A stretch of DNA of 64,000 nt from Thermoplasmata archaeon (GTDB lineage Archaea; Thermoplasmatota; Thermoplasmata; Lutacidiplasmatales; UBA184): contig DATJWA010000001.1 in the NCBI GenBank assembly GCA_035501555.1, positions 2,202-66,201 of the forward strand, in the 5' to 3' direction. Of the stretch, positions 46,677 through 56,248 are shown one piece after another (position 1 is the stretch's first letter; each line of letters opens with the position of its first letter). The position numbers and the translations under genes are program-made. The notes under the pieces are model-generated. The model saw only the letters and a list, made by a program, of their open reading frames with translations. It was not told the origin of the DNA and searched no databases.

Positions 46677-47251
46677 CAGGGCACCTTCTTCAAGCCGACC
46701 TTGTAGCCGACCCAGTTAAAGGCAGCGTGCAGCCCGAGCGTGTAGACCAGGAGCCATAAGACCGCTTCCCAGCTCCAGAACACCCCGAAGAAGAGCGCGG
46801 GGTAGGCCGCGAACCCGAGCGCGATCGGGACGAGCACGAACGGGAGCTGGTCGAGGAGGAGGGTCCGCGCCCCGCTCTCCCTCCCGAGCCGTCGCTTGAT
46901 GAACGAGCCGAGCGCGTCCCCGGTCATCGCCCCAAAGGTGAGGAGGAAGGCGAGGGGGAGCGCGTCGAGCACGGTCGGGGCGAGGGTCGGGACGAGCTTC
47001 CAGTTCGGGGGCGCGATCAGGACGAGCCACGCCTCGAGCAGGACGACCGGGAGGGAGACGAACCCGGCAAAGAGGAACCCGGACCACGTCTTGGACGGCC
47101 CGAGGATCCGGCGGCCGTCGCCGGGCCACGTCCGGCCGAGGTCCATCGGAGGGCCCCGGCCCCGCGGCAGGGTCGCGAGCGCGTTCGCGACGTAGGCGGG
47201 GAGCAGCAGCCAGAGTACGGATATCGCGCTCTGGAGGATCGGAGCGAGCAC
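46673..47251 (-). CDS. carS: CDP-archaeol synthase
   Basis: PAY.AN, P.D.G....DGRR.LG..KTW.G, GD..GSF.KRR, LDQ..F, H...N...Y..G.K.VPW. Confidence 0.92.
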   Translation of the reverse strand: MLAPILQSAISVLWLLLPAYVANALATLPRGRGPPMDLGRTWPGDGRRILGPSKTWSGFLFAGFVSLPVVLLEAWLVLIAPPNWKLVPTLAPTVLDALPLAFLLTFGAMTGDALGSFIKRRLGRESGARTLLLDQLPFVLVPIALGFAAYPALFFGVFWSWEAVLWLLVYTLGLHAAFNWVGYKVGLKKVPW

Positions 47252-47263
47252 GCGCGGCCCTCG

Positions 47264-48874
47264 TTACGGTTCGCGCACGAACCGTTCGATGGCGGTCGCG
47301 ACGCCGGCCAGCAGCCGGGGGTCCACGCTCTCCTCCGCGTCGTGGATGTGCGAGTCGGGGTCCATGCTCCCGAACACGATCGCCGGGAGGAGGCTGCCGC
47401 GAGGGGTCGTGAGCCCCCGGATCGCGCTCGCGTCCGTCCCCCCGTACTCGCCGACCAGGCCGGGCGAACCGACCGTCTCGGCGAGGATCCGCTGGAGACG
47501 GAGGGCGGACGGCTCGTCCGGCGGGAGCGCATAGCCCGAACGGCAGCGGGCCGGCGGAGCCTCGATCCGACCGTGCGGCGCGCGCGCCGCCGCCCCGGCC
47601 CGAACGTAGCCGAGCGCCGCGCGCAGGCCGTCGTCCAGCTCCATCTCCGGCGGGAGTCGCAGGTCGACGGTGAACGTGGTGGGTGCCGGTGGCCGGGGGT
47701 CGAGCCACTCCCGGTCGGAGGCGGCGCGCAGGAGCGTCAGGGTCGCCGGCACCGGGTTGTGCCCCCGGTGCGGGTAGCCCCCGTGGGCCGCCTCCCCGAC
47801 GACCTGCACCGCCAGCGCTCCGGGCGGCGCGCGGAGGGACGAAGCGCCGCCGACCTCGAGGCGGAACGGAGGGGCGAGGAGCTGGGCGAGCCGATCGGGC
47901 AGGGTGGCAAGCTCCGGGGCCGGCCCGTCGAACAGGAGCGTCACCGCGCGGGCGATCTGGTTGGCGGCGTCGCTCTCCGCGTGGACGCCCACGAGCCGGA
48001 CCCCTTGGGCCGCGGCCGTCGGAGCGGTCCGGTCGAACTGGGTGACGCTCGCCCGTCCGGTGATCACCCGCTCGGGGGCGTGACGGTCCGGCCAGTCGGG
48101 GGAGGGAAGCGCGGAGCGCCAGCCCCGGGCCAGCTCGTGAAGGCCGACCAGGACGTCGCCGTAGGCGGTCGCCTCGGCGAGCGGCACGGGTCGGTCGAAG
48201 GACGCCTCGAGGAAGGCGACCCCGCTCGAGCCGGCGACCGTCTCCGGCCCCGCGTCCGGGATGAGTACCACATCCCCGACGAGGAACCGATCCGGGCTCT
48301 CGGGCGGGAGCTGGAGGTCGTGGTGCTTGAGCGCCTCGATGCCTCCCTCCCCCGCGGTCTCCTCGTCGCAGCAGGCGAGCAGGCGGACGTTCCGCGGCGG
48401 GGAAGGTCCCTCGGCCAGGCGGGCGAGCGCCATCAACGACGCGACGACCCCGCTGCCAAGGTCGTCGTTCGAGCCGCGACCGTACAGCCGGCCGTCGGAC
48501 CGGGCCGTCAGGGTGTGCGGGGGGCTCTTCCAGCGGGTGAGCTGCTCGGCCGGCACCGGCACCACGTCGTAGTGCGCGAGGATCAGGACCGTCTCGGGGG
48601 CGCCGACGTTCAGGTCGGCGATCACGTTCGGGCGGGGGAGCCCATGCCATTCGTCGGGCCGGTCCCCGGCCGTGAGCGGGTCGTAGACCTGCGTCGTCAG
48701 GCCTCGCGCGCGAGCAGCCCGGACGACCGCGTCGCTCGCGCGGAGGTAGTTCGGTTTCTCCCAGCGGGCGTGGGCGGGGTCCTCGAGGTTCGTGGGGGCG
48801 GTCGCGACCAGCTGGGTGAGCAGCCGAAGCCCCTCCTCCCCGAGGAGCCGCGTGGCCTCGACCGGGGAGCTCAT
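47264..48874 (-). CDS. M20/M25/M40 family metallohydrolase (ArgE/DapE-like)
   Basis: AHYDVVP, LYGRGS.DD, DEE, AHGG.P..G.N, GGTDA, HDAEE. Confidence 0.88.
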   Translation of the reverse strand: MSSPVEATRLLGEEGLRLLTQLVATAPTNLEDPAHARWEKPNYLRASDAVVRAARARGLTTQVYDPLTAGDRPDEWHGLPRPNVIADLNVGAPETVLILAHYDVVPVPAEQLTRWKSPPHTLTARSDGRLYGRGSNDDLGSGVVASLMALARLAEGPSPPRNVRLLACCDEETAGEGGIEALKHHDLQLPPESPDRFLVGDVVLIPDAGPETVAGSSGVAFLEASFDRPVPLAEATAYGDVLVGLHELARGWRSALPSPDWPDRHAPERVITGRASVTQFDRTAPTAAAQGVRLVGVHAESDAANQIARAVTLLFDGPAPELATLPDRLAQLLAPPFRLEVGGASSLRAPPGALAVQVVGEAAHGGYPHRGHNPVPATLTLLRAASDREWLDPRPPAPTTFTVDLRLPPEMELDDGLRAALGYVRAGAAARAPHGRIEAPPARCRSGYALPPDEPSALRLQRILAETVGSPGLVGEYGGTDASAIRGLTTPRGSLLPAIVFGSMDPDSHIHDAEESVDPRLLAGVATAIERFVREP

Positions 48875-48889
48875 GGTCCGTTCGCTCGC

Positions 48890-50704
48890 CTAGCGGAAGG
48901 CGAACACCACCACGAGCGAGCCGGTGAGGAGGAGGAGGAAGGTCGCGACCAGCATGTTCTGGAACATCGTGAGCGTGTCCCCGAGGGAGGTCAAAAGGCG
49001 AGCGGTGAACCCCGGGCCGAGCGTGCGCACCCCCGGGACCTCGAGCGAGCCGAACCGCGCGTCCGCCGGCCCGAGGTCCGCGAGCGCGGCGCGGACCGCC
49101 TCCATCGCCCCCTGCACGAGCGCCGCGGTCGGCATCCGCTCCCCGACGGGGTTGATCCCGCCGTCGACCTCGTGGACGACGTGGTTGTCGGTCGTCATCA
49201 CCTCGGCGACGTCGACGACCGCCTCGAGCGCCTTCACGATCGGCGCGCGTCGCCCGAGCAGGAGGTTGTTCCCGTCGATGAGGACGTAGGCGGTCGTGGT
49301 GCCGGCGGTCCGCAGGACCAGGGCCCGGATCCCCTGCGGTCCTATGCCGTCCCGGCCGATGTCGTAGCCGTCCCGCACCCCGACGCCCGCCTCGAGCGGC
49401 CCGTCCCGCGACGCCGCGACCGCCGCCCGGACCGCCGCCTTCGCGTCGCGCACCAGCTTCTCGGCGGACGGTGTTCCGTAGGTGATGTCGCCGCGCCCCT
49501 CGACGTAGGAGTTGTGGGCGTCGATGAGCGCGACGCGGGGTCCTCCCTCGGCCGCGACCTCGCGATGGATCCGGTCGGCGACGCTGAAGGCGATGTCGTC
49601 GGTCGGCTCCGGGGCCTGGCTCACGAGGACGAGGGCCACGTCGCCGACGAGCTGGGCCCGCGCGAAGCTCGTGGGGTCCGCCTGGACGAGAGGGCTCGAG
49701 CGGAGCGGAAGGCCGGTCCCGAGGGAAGCGAGCACCTCGCGAGCGGTCGCGCCGAGCCGGTGGACCTCCTCGCCGGACGGCAGGTCGAGGTCGTGGTCGC
49801 ACGGGGTGTGGGGCGTCAGGACGACGCCGCCGGCGGCTCCGAGCTCGGCCGCGAGCTTTCGCGGAAGGTCGCTCGAGCCAAGAGCGGCGAACGGACCGGG
49901 GTGGACCGTCGGGAGGGCGACGGTCGCGTGCGCCTTCCCCCCGCGGAAGAAGGCGAGCAGCGCGATGCGCAGGTTCGCCGGCTGGGAGAACTTCGCGAAG
50001 AACCCCTCGAGCGCCCCGGTCGCCCCCTCGTCGCGTTCGGCCACGTGGTCGAGGAGCGGCCGGATGAGGCTCACGCCCGAACTCTGGAACTCCCGCCGCA
50101 GCGGACGGTCCGCCGCCCGGAGAAGGGCGACCGCGCAGCCGAACCCGATCACGGCGCAGAGCAGGATCACGACGAGCTCGACGACCGTCACGGGAAGGAT
50201 CAGGAACAGGAGGACCGAGTAGAGGACCGGCTGGATCAGCGAGACCGGGAGGCTCCGAAGGTGGCTCGGACGGGAGACCCCGTAGAGGCTCAGGTGCCGG
50301 AACCAGAGCATCGGGCCGACGAGGAACGCCGCGAGGAGCGCGACCCCGGGGGTCGGGCCCGGCTCGAGGAAGAGGGCGAGCCGCCAGACCGCCGAGATCG
50401 GGAGCAGGACGAGGAGCACCGTCATCGAGAGGAAGGCCCCCCGGTGGAACTCGAACCGGCCGCCGAGCAGGGCCGCGAACCCACCGGTTGAGCCCGCCGC
50501 CACGAGCGCCGGGACCGCGAAGACGAGCAGCCAGCCTTCGAGGAACGTCGTCGGCGTTAGGCCGAAGACGAGGGCGGCGATCACCGCGCTCAGGAGGACG
50601 ATCAGCCCGAAGCTCACGGGCGTCGGTGGCGCACGGAACAGGTACCGGGGACGATGCGGCTCGGTCGGCACCGGCGGTCCGTCCGCCGTCGGGTTATCGG
50701 GCAC
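48890..50704 (-). CDS. DUF2070 family membrane protein
   Basis: N-terminal multi-TM region; soluble domain with VHPGPF..LGSS.LP, H..C.H, D.HN, DGNN and TTD.H; C-terminal TM. Confidence 0.8.
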   Translation of the reverse strand: MPDNPTADGPPVPTEPHRPRYLFRAPPTPVSFGLIVLLSAVIAALVFGLTPTTFLEGWLLVFAVPALVAAGSTGGFAALLGGRFEFHRGAFLSMTVLLVLLPISAVWRLALFLEPGPTPGVALLAAFLVGPMLWFRHLSLYGVSRPSHLRSLPVSLIQPVLYSVLLFLILPVTVVELVVILLCAVIGFGCAVALLRAADRPLRREFQSSGVSLIRPLLDHVAERDEGATGALEGFFAKFSQPANLRIALLAFFRGGKAHATVALPTVHPGPFAALGSSDLPRKLAAELGAAGGVVLTPHTPCDHDLDLPSGEEVHRLGATAREVLASLGTGLPLRSSPLVQADPTSFARAQLVGDVALVLVSQAPEPTDDIAFSVADRIHREVAAEGGPRVALIDAHNSYVEGRGDITYGTPSAEKLVRDAKAAVRAAVAASRDGPLEAGVGVRDGYDIGRDGIGPQGIRALVLRTAGTTTAYVLIDGNNLLLGRRAPIVKALEAVVDVAEVMTTDNHVVHEVDGGINPVGERMPTAALVQGAMEAVRAALADLGPADARFGSLEVPGVRTLGPGFTARLLTSLGDTLTMFQNMLVATFLLLLTGSLVVVFAFR

Positions 50705-51461
50705 GGCGACGCCGAACCTCCTCGAGGATCCCGCGGAAGGCCGGGCCGAGGCCCTCCTCCTCCGTGATCGTCCCGGTCACGAGGGCATCGGCGCCGGCGT
50801 CCAGGAGCGCGGCCGCGTCCGGCGCCGTACGGATACCTCCGCCGACGATCAGCGGGACCGAGACGACCTCGCGGACCGCCTTCACGATCGGCGTCGGGAC
50901 CGGCGCCGGCGCTCCCGAGCCCGCCTCCAGGTAGATGAACCGCATCCCGAGGTACTCCGCGGCGAGCGCGAACCCGACCGCGCCGTTCGTGTCGTCCCGG
51001 GCGACGACGTCGACCTGTCCGACCTCGCCGACCCGCATCCCGGGGGCGATCACGAGATAGCCGAGCGGGATCGGCTCGAGGCCGAGGCGGCGCACGACCG
51101 GCGCCGCGAGAGCGTGGGCCCGCACGACCAGGTCGAGGCGTCGGGAGTTGAGCAGGCTCATGAACAGCACCGCGTCCGCCTCCCGGGCAAGGGAGCCCGG
51201 CCCCTCCGGGAAGATCACGACCGGAACCCGCACCGCCCCCTTGACGGCCGTCGCCGCGGCCCCCATCACCTGGGGGGTGATCCCTGTCGAGCCGCCCAGC
51301 AGGATGAGGTGGCTCCCGGCATCCACCGCCCCCTTCGCGGTCCGCGCCGCCGCGGCGCCGGGGGACTTGTCCGGGTCGATGAGCGTGAAGTGGACCGGTC
51401 CGCCCGCGATCTGCTCCGTGAGGTACCGCTCGACGCGGCCCGGCCGCGACGGGGCGCTCAC
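50694..51461 (-). CDS. Geranylgeranylglyceryl phosphate synthase
   Basis: HFTLIDPDK, GGSTG, FP, ADA.LFMSLLNS, YLEAGSGA, VGGGIR, VTGT. Confidence 0.93.
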   Translation of the reverse strand: MSAPSRPGRVERYLTEQIAGGPVHFTLIDPDKSPGAAAARTAKGAVDAGSHLILLGGSTGITPQVMGAAATAVKGAVRVPVVIFPEGPGSLAREADAVLFMSLLNSRRLDLVVRAHALAAPVVRRLGLEPIPLGYLVIAPGMRVGEVGQVDVVARDDTNGAVGFALAAEYLGMRFIYLEAGSGAPAPVPTPIVKAVREVVSVPLIVGGGIRTAPDAAALLDAGADALVTGTITEEEGLGPAFRGILEEVRRRRAR

Positions 51462-52306
51462 CGGAAGGCCACCGCCAGGAAGGCGAGCAGGGCGACGGTC
51501 ATCGCGACCTTGCTCATCGTCTGCTCCCAGTGGAGACGTCGGGGGAGATATCCCACGGAGAGGACGAACACCCCATCCGCGGCGAGGACCAGGACGAGAT
51601 ACATAATCCCCACCACCGAGCTAGGGCGGACGAACCAGAGGACCGGGACGATGCTGAGGACGACCGCGGCCCCGACGGCCACTCGGGCCAGGCCGGCACT
51701 GAACGGCATCCCGCGGGTCATCGGCAGCGTGCGGCGGCCGACGTCCCCCCCGACATCCTCCATGTCTTTGATGACCTCGCGGCTGATGGTCGCGAGGAAC
51801 GCCATCAACGCGAACGGGACCAGGATCAACGCCGCCCCCGCGGCCGCGGCGCCGTAGAGGAAGACCATCCCCGTCAACAGTCCGACGACCAGGTTCCCCA
51901 CGAACCCGCGCGCCTTGAGCCGGAACTCGTAGCCAAGGAGCGAGGCGACCGCGACCGCCAGGATCAGCCCGACCAGGGGCTGGACGAGGACGACCGGGAC
52001 CGCGACGGCTGCCCCGATGACGAACAGCTCGGCCGCGAAGGCTCGCGCGCTCACGAGCGAGACCTCGCCCGTGACGAGCGGGCGGTCCGGGTGGTTCTTC
52101 CGGTCCCCCTCGAGGTCGAGCAGGTCGTTCAGGACGTTTCCCCCGCCGGTCACGAGCGCAGCCGATAACCCGGCGAGCAGGATCGCCGCCCAGAGCCCGA
52201 GGGACAGTTCGACGCCGGTACCGCGGGCGACGAGCCCGCCGACGATCGTGCCCGCGAAGGAGACCCCGAGGTTCCCCACGCGGACCAGCCGGAGCAGGGG
52301 GTGCAC
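51458..52306 (-). CDS. Digeranylgeranylglyceryl phosphate synthase (UbiA family)
   Basis: ND..D...D..N.P.RP...G and RE..KDMED..GD motifs; adjacent to GGGPS. Confidence 0.88.
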   Translation of the reverse strand: MHPLLRLVRVGNLGVSFAGTIVGGLVARGTGVELSLGLWAAILLAGLSAALVTGGGNVLNDLLDLEGDRKNHPDRPLVTGEVSLVSARAFAAELFVIGAAVAVPVVLVQPLVGLILAVAVASLLGYEFRLKARGFVGNLVVGLLTGMVFLYGAAAAGAALILVPFALMAFLATISREVIKDMEDVGGDVGRRTLPMTRGMPFSAGLARVAVGAAVVLSIVPVLWFVRPSSVVGIMYLVLVLAADGVFVLSVGYLPRRLHWEQTMSKVAMTVALLAFLAVAFR

Positions 52307-52466
52307 GGCGAAGGATGGCGGAGGGGTTCGCTTAACGATTTGGCTGAACCCCCGCGGGGGCCCCGGGGTCCGGCCACCGCGGGACGCTCGACCCCGGGCG
52401 AGCAGGGGACCGCCGGGTAACCTTCCCGAGGCGCGTTATATGCGGCCCCGCGTCGAGTCGGGCGCG

Positions 52467-53786
52467 ATGGTCGTCCGGGCCGTGCCCCGCCCCCGCATCC
52501 ACTCCTTCCGGCTCGCCAACGGCCTTCGGGTCCTTCTCGCTCCGCTCGCGGGGAGTCCGACGGTGAGCGTGTGGGTGTGGTACCGCGTCGGCTCCAAGAA
52601 CGAGCACCCCGGGATCACGGGAGCCTCGCACTGGGTCGAGCACATGCTGTTCGAGGGCTCGCCCCGGTATCCGAAGGGGGCGATCGACCTCGCGGTGCTG
52701 CGCGTCGGCGGCGAGCTCAACGCCTTCACCGACACCGACTTCACCGCCTACTTCACGACGGTCCCCCGGGACCACCTGTCGGTCCCTCTCGACATCGAGT
52801 CCGACCGGATGACCCGGGCGCTGATCACCGACCCCGAGGTCGAGCGGGAGCGCACGGTCATCCACTCCGAGCGCGAGGGAGCGGAGAACTGGCCCGAGTT
52901 CCGCGTCGAGGAGGAGGCCTACTCGCTCGCGTTCCGGGTCCATCCGTACCGGTGGGACCCCCTCGGACGCCGCACCGACATCGAGCGACTGAGCCCGGAC
53001 CAGCTACGAAAGTACTACCGGAGATTCTACGGGCCCCGGAACGCGACCCTCGTGATCGCCGGCGGCTTCGACCCGCGCGCGGTCGCCGCCGAGGTCCGGC
53101 GGAAGTTCTCGCGCCTCCCCGCGACCGGGGAGGACGTCACCGTCCACGAGGCCGAGCCGGCCCCCCACGGGGAGCGGCGGGCGGAGCTCCGCGGGCCGGG
53201 GACGACCCCCTACCTCCAGATCGGCTGGCGGGCCCCGGCCCTGGACGACCCGGCGACGCCCGCGACCATGGTCCTGGACACGGTCCTCGGAGGGGAGAAC
53301 CGCCTGTTCCATGCCGGGGCGGGGTGGGGGCGCGCCGCCGAACACCCGGGCGCCCGTCTGTATCGGGCCCTGGTCGAAACCGGGCTCGCGGTACGCGCGA
53401 CAAGCGAGTGGCGGCCCCGGGTCTACCCTGACCTGTTCACCGTGCACGCGCAGGCGGCACGGGGCGTGAGCCTCGACCGCCTCGAAGTGGCGATCGACCG
53501 CGTGACGAGCCGACTCGCGCGCTCGGGGCCGACCGCCCGCGAGCTGGACGACGCCCGGGTGCGGGTCGAGCGGGGGTCGAGGATGGCCTACGAAGGGGCC
53601 TCGCGCACCGGGTTCCGGCTGGGCTACTTCGCGATGCTCCGCTCGTCCGACTTCGAGGACGACCTCTATCGTCGGCTGCGGCGGGTGACCCGCGCCCAGG
53701 TTCGGGACCGGGCCCGGGAGCTGTTCCGTCCGGAGGCTCGGGTGGTCGTCCGATACACTCCCACGGGAGGCGAGGCCGGTGAGTGA
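52467..53786 (+). CDS. M16 family zinc peptidase, catalytic subunit
   Basis: L.NGL.V, VGS..E..G.TG.SH, inverted zinc motif HWVEH and NAFT..D.T.Y; TTATA 27-31 nt upstream. Confidence 0.9.
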   Translation: MVVRAVPRPRIHSFRLANGLRVLLAPLAGSPTVSVWVWYRVGSKNEHPGITGASHWVEHMLFEGSPRYPKGAIDLAVLRVGGELNAFTDTDFTAYFTTVPRDHLSVPLDIESDRMTRALITDPEVERERTVIHSEREGAENWPEFRVEEEAYSLAFRVHPYRWDPLGRRTDIERLSPDQLRKYYRRFYGPRNATLVIAGGFDPRAVAAEVRRKFSRLPATGEDVTVHEAEPAPHGERRAELRGPGTTPYLQIGWRAPALDDPATPATMVLDTVLGGENRLFHAGAGWGRAAEHPGARLYRALVETGLAVRATSEWRPRVYPDLFTVHAQAARGVSLDRLEVAIDRVTSRLARSGPTARELDDARVRVERGSRMAYEGASRTGFRLGYFAMLRSSDFEDDLYRRLRRVTRAQVRDRARELFRPEARVVVRYTPTGGEAGE

Positions 53787-55050
53787 GCGGAACGACCCCC
53801 TGAAGGTGGAGTACGCCGACGGCCCGTCCGGCCTTCGGGTGGTGCGGCAGGCTCCTCCCACCGGTGCGGCGAGCTTCTCCGCAACCTTCCTGAGCCCGGC
53901 CGGGTGGGCCCACGACCCCCCCGGGCTCGAAGCGACCGCCCGCCTGTCGAGCCAGCTGGTCACGAGTGGGGCCGGGCGGCGGGGACGTCTCGAGCTCGCC
54001 CGCTACCTGGACCGGGCCGGAGCGACCCTCACCTCGCACGTCGACCCGGAATCCGCCGAGATCACCCTGTGGGGTCCGGCGACCGACTGGAAGTCGCTGC
54101 TCACCGTGCTCGCGGACGCGGTGCTCTCCCCGCGGTTCGAGGAGTCCGACCTCCGCCGCGTCCGACGCCAGCTCCAGGAGCGGCAGCTGCGCGAGCTGAC
54201 CCAGCCCGCGAGCCGGGCCGAGAGGGAGGTGACCCACGCCATCTTCCCCGAGGGCCACCCGTACCGGGAGACGGGGTTGGGCGACGCGCGGAGCCTCCGC
54301 CGGATCCGGGCCGAGCACATCCGCCGTTTCCACTCGGGCCTGTTCGCCGGACCCGGCTCCGTCCTGGTCTACACGGGGCCGGCGAGCCTCTCCTCGGTCG
54401 TGCGGGCCACTCATCGCCTGTTCGCGGACCTCCCCTCGGCCTCCCCGCCCCTGGTGGTGCTACCGCGGCTGGGGCGACCGAAGCGGGCGGAGGTGCGCGT
54501 CGACCTACCGGGCCGGGCCCAGGTCGAGATCCGCCTCGCGGGAGCCTCGATCGCGCGGACCGACCCCCAGTACGCGGGAGCCTACCTCGCCAACGAAGTC
54601 CTGGGCGGCGCGACGATGCTGAGCCGGCTGTTCCACCGGGTCCGGGCGCTCGGCGGCCTGGCCTACCACGCGTCGAGCCAGCTCGAGGCGATGCGGTGGG
54701 GTGGGCACTGGTCGGCCCAGGCCGGCACCGGCGCCGACCGCTGGCCGAAGGTGGTGCCCATGCTCCGGGAGGAGGTCGAGCGGATCTCCTCCGCGAACGT
54801 CCCGGCCCGCGAGCTCGACGTGGTCCGGGAGAGCCGCATCGGAGAGATGCAGCTCTCCCTCGAGTCGACCTCCGAGGCGCACGAGCTGGCGGTGGAAGTC
54901 GGCTACTTCGGGCTGGCGGCGGACCACTGGAAAGAGTGGCCGTCGCGGCTCCGTTCGCTCACCCCCCGCGAGGTCCGGTCCGCCGCCGAAACGGCGCTGG
55001 ACCCGGGGAGGGCGGTCACCGTCCTCGCCGGCCCGCTCGGAGCGGCCTGA
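53779..55050 (+). CDS. M16 family peptidase, non-catalytic partner subunit
   Basis: M16 fold features (HPY, N.VLGG...SRLF..VR...GLAY) without HxxEH. Confidence 0.85.
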   Translation: MSERNDPLKVEYADGPSGLRVVRQAPPTGAASFSATFLSPAGWAHDPPGLEATARLSSQLVTSGAGRRGRLELARYLDRAGATLTSHVDPESAEITLWGPATDWKSLLTVLADAVLSPRFEESDLRRVRRQLQERQLRELTQPASRAEREVTHAIFPEGHPYRETGLGDARSLRRIRAEHIRRFHSGLFAGPGSVLVYTGPASLSSVVRATHRLFADLPSASPPLVVLPRLGRPKRAEVRVDLPGRAQVEIRLAGASIARTDPQYAGAYLANEVLGGATMLSRLFHRVRALGGLAYHASSQLEAMRWGGHWSAQAGTGADRWPKVVPMLREEVERISSANVPARELDVVRESRIGEMQLSLESTSEAHELAVEVGYFGLAADHWKEWPSRLRSLTPREVRSAAETALDPGRAVTVLAGPLGAA

Positions 55051-55116
55051 GACCCGCCGGCCTTCGATTTCGTGCGCACGGATACGTAGATATACGCCCC
55101 CCGTAATGCGGCGGGC

Positions 55117-55365
55117 ATGTCCCCGACCACGCGCCCGGAGCCGCCCGTCCACGGCATGCTGCGAAAGAACATCACGATCACGCCGGAAGAGAACGAGTTC
55201 CTCGACCGGCACCCCGAGATCAACCAGAGCGCGCTGTTCCGCCAGGTCGTGGAGAGCCTGATGCTGGCCGAGCGGAGCCCGGGCTCCGTCGGGACGCAGC
55301 CCGTGCGCCTGGGCCGGGGGATCTACCGGTCCGGCGCGATCATGTACCAGAAGCGCCGGGAGTAG
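55117..55365 (+). CDS. Small ribbon-helix-helix-like DNA-binding protein
   Basis: RKNITI beta-strand, helix, then INQSALFR..V pattern; TATA-like GATATAC about 25 nt upstream. Confidence 0.55.
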   Translation: MSPTTRPEPPVHGMLRKNITITPEENEFLDRHPEINQSALFRQVVESLMLAERSPGSVGTQPVRLGRGIYRSGAIMYQKRRE

Positions 55366-56197
55366 CCGGGCCCTCGCGGGCCCGCACCGGGGCCTCCGCG
55401 TCGCGCCGCCGGGGGCCCAGTCCCGCGAGCGCGGGGTGGGCCGCGTCCTCGGCCCGGGCGGCCACGAACCCCTCCGCGCCCGGCGTCGCGACGTAGGCCC
55501 GCAGCGCGGTCGGCGCATCGACCACCTCGAGCGCGTGGCGGGAGAGGATGTGACCGAACGCCCACCGGCGTCGCCGCGCTAGGTCGGTGAAGTGGGGGGC
55601 GTAGTGCCCTCCGCCGACCCCGAGCACGACGCGGTCCTCGGCGGCGCGCTCGAGGTGGGGGAGGATGTTGGCGAGCAGTCCCACCGCCTCGGGCGGAGGG
55701 GCCTCGAGCTCGCCGTACCCGATCTCGACGAACAGGGCGGGCAGCCCGAGCTCGGGGCCGTGGTGCGTCGCCTCGTAAGTCGCGGGAACCGAGACCTCTC
55801 GGCTCCGCTCCGACAGGCGACGAAGCGCATCCGCCATCAACCGGGCATCCGCCGGAGTGAATTGACCGGCGCGGCCGCCAACATCCGCGCTCGCCCCCGG
55901 GTTGCCGAGCGGGTGGACGGTGAGGCAGGGAACGTTCCGCTCGCTCCGGTGGATCGACGGGAAGACGAGCGTTGTCCCCGCGCGACGCAGGTGCTCGGGG
56001 AGCAACCGGTCGAGGTGCTCGTCGGTGACGTGCCGAACGACCCGCTTCAGGAGGAGCGCGCGGGCGGAGAGCCGCCGGATCGGGGCGCCGTCGACCCGGT
56101 CCTCGGTCGCCTCGGGGACCCCCCAGCGTTCGGCGACGCGCCGGGCGACCGGGTCGAGCTCGGAGACGACCAGGAGGTACGGCACGTCGGCGTTCAT
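55340..56197 (-). CDS. dtdA: D-aminoacyl-tRNA deacylase (archaeal DTD2)
   Basis: S.H.S, LTVH..GN, EATHHGP, FVEIG, G.GGGHYAP.F, FGH. Confidence 0.9.
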   Translation of the reverse strand: MNADVPYLLVVSELDPVARRVAERWGVPEATEDRVDGAPIRRLSARALLLKRVVRHVTDEHLDRLLPEHLRRAGTTLVFPSIHRSERNVPCLTVHPLGNPGASADVGGRAGQFTPADARLMADALRRLSERSREVSVPATYEATHHGPELGLPALFVEIGYGELEAPPPEAVGLLANILPHLERAAEDRVVLGVGGGHYAPHFTDLARRRRWAFGHILSRHALEVVDAPTALRAYVATPGAEGFVAARAEDAAHPALAGLGPRRRDAEAPVRAREGPATPGASGT

Positions 56198-56248
56198 GGA
56201 GAGGAAGCCCGGTCCGGGCCGCTCCCGAGCGACGGCGGGAGGCCCCGG

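Noticed and set aside
46716..50491. ORFs of 1028 aa (-) and 1049 aa (+)
   Set aside because: Alternative-frame or antisense shadows over carS, the M20 hydrolase and DUF2070, which carry recognisable motifs.
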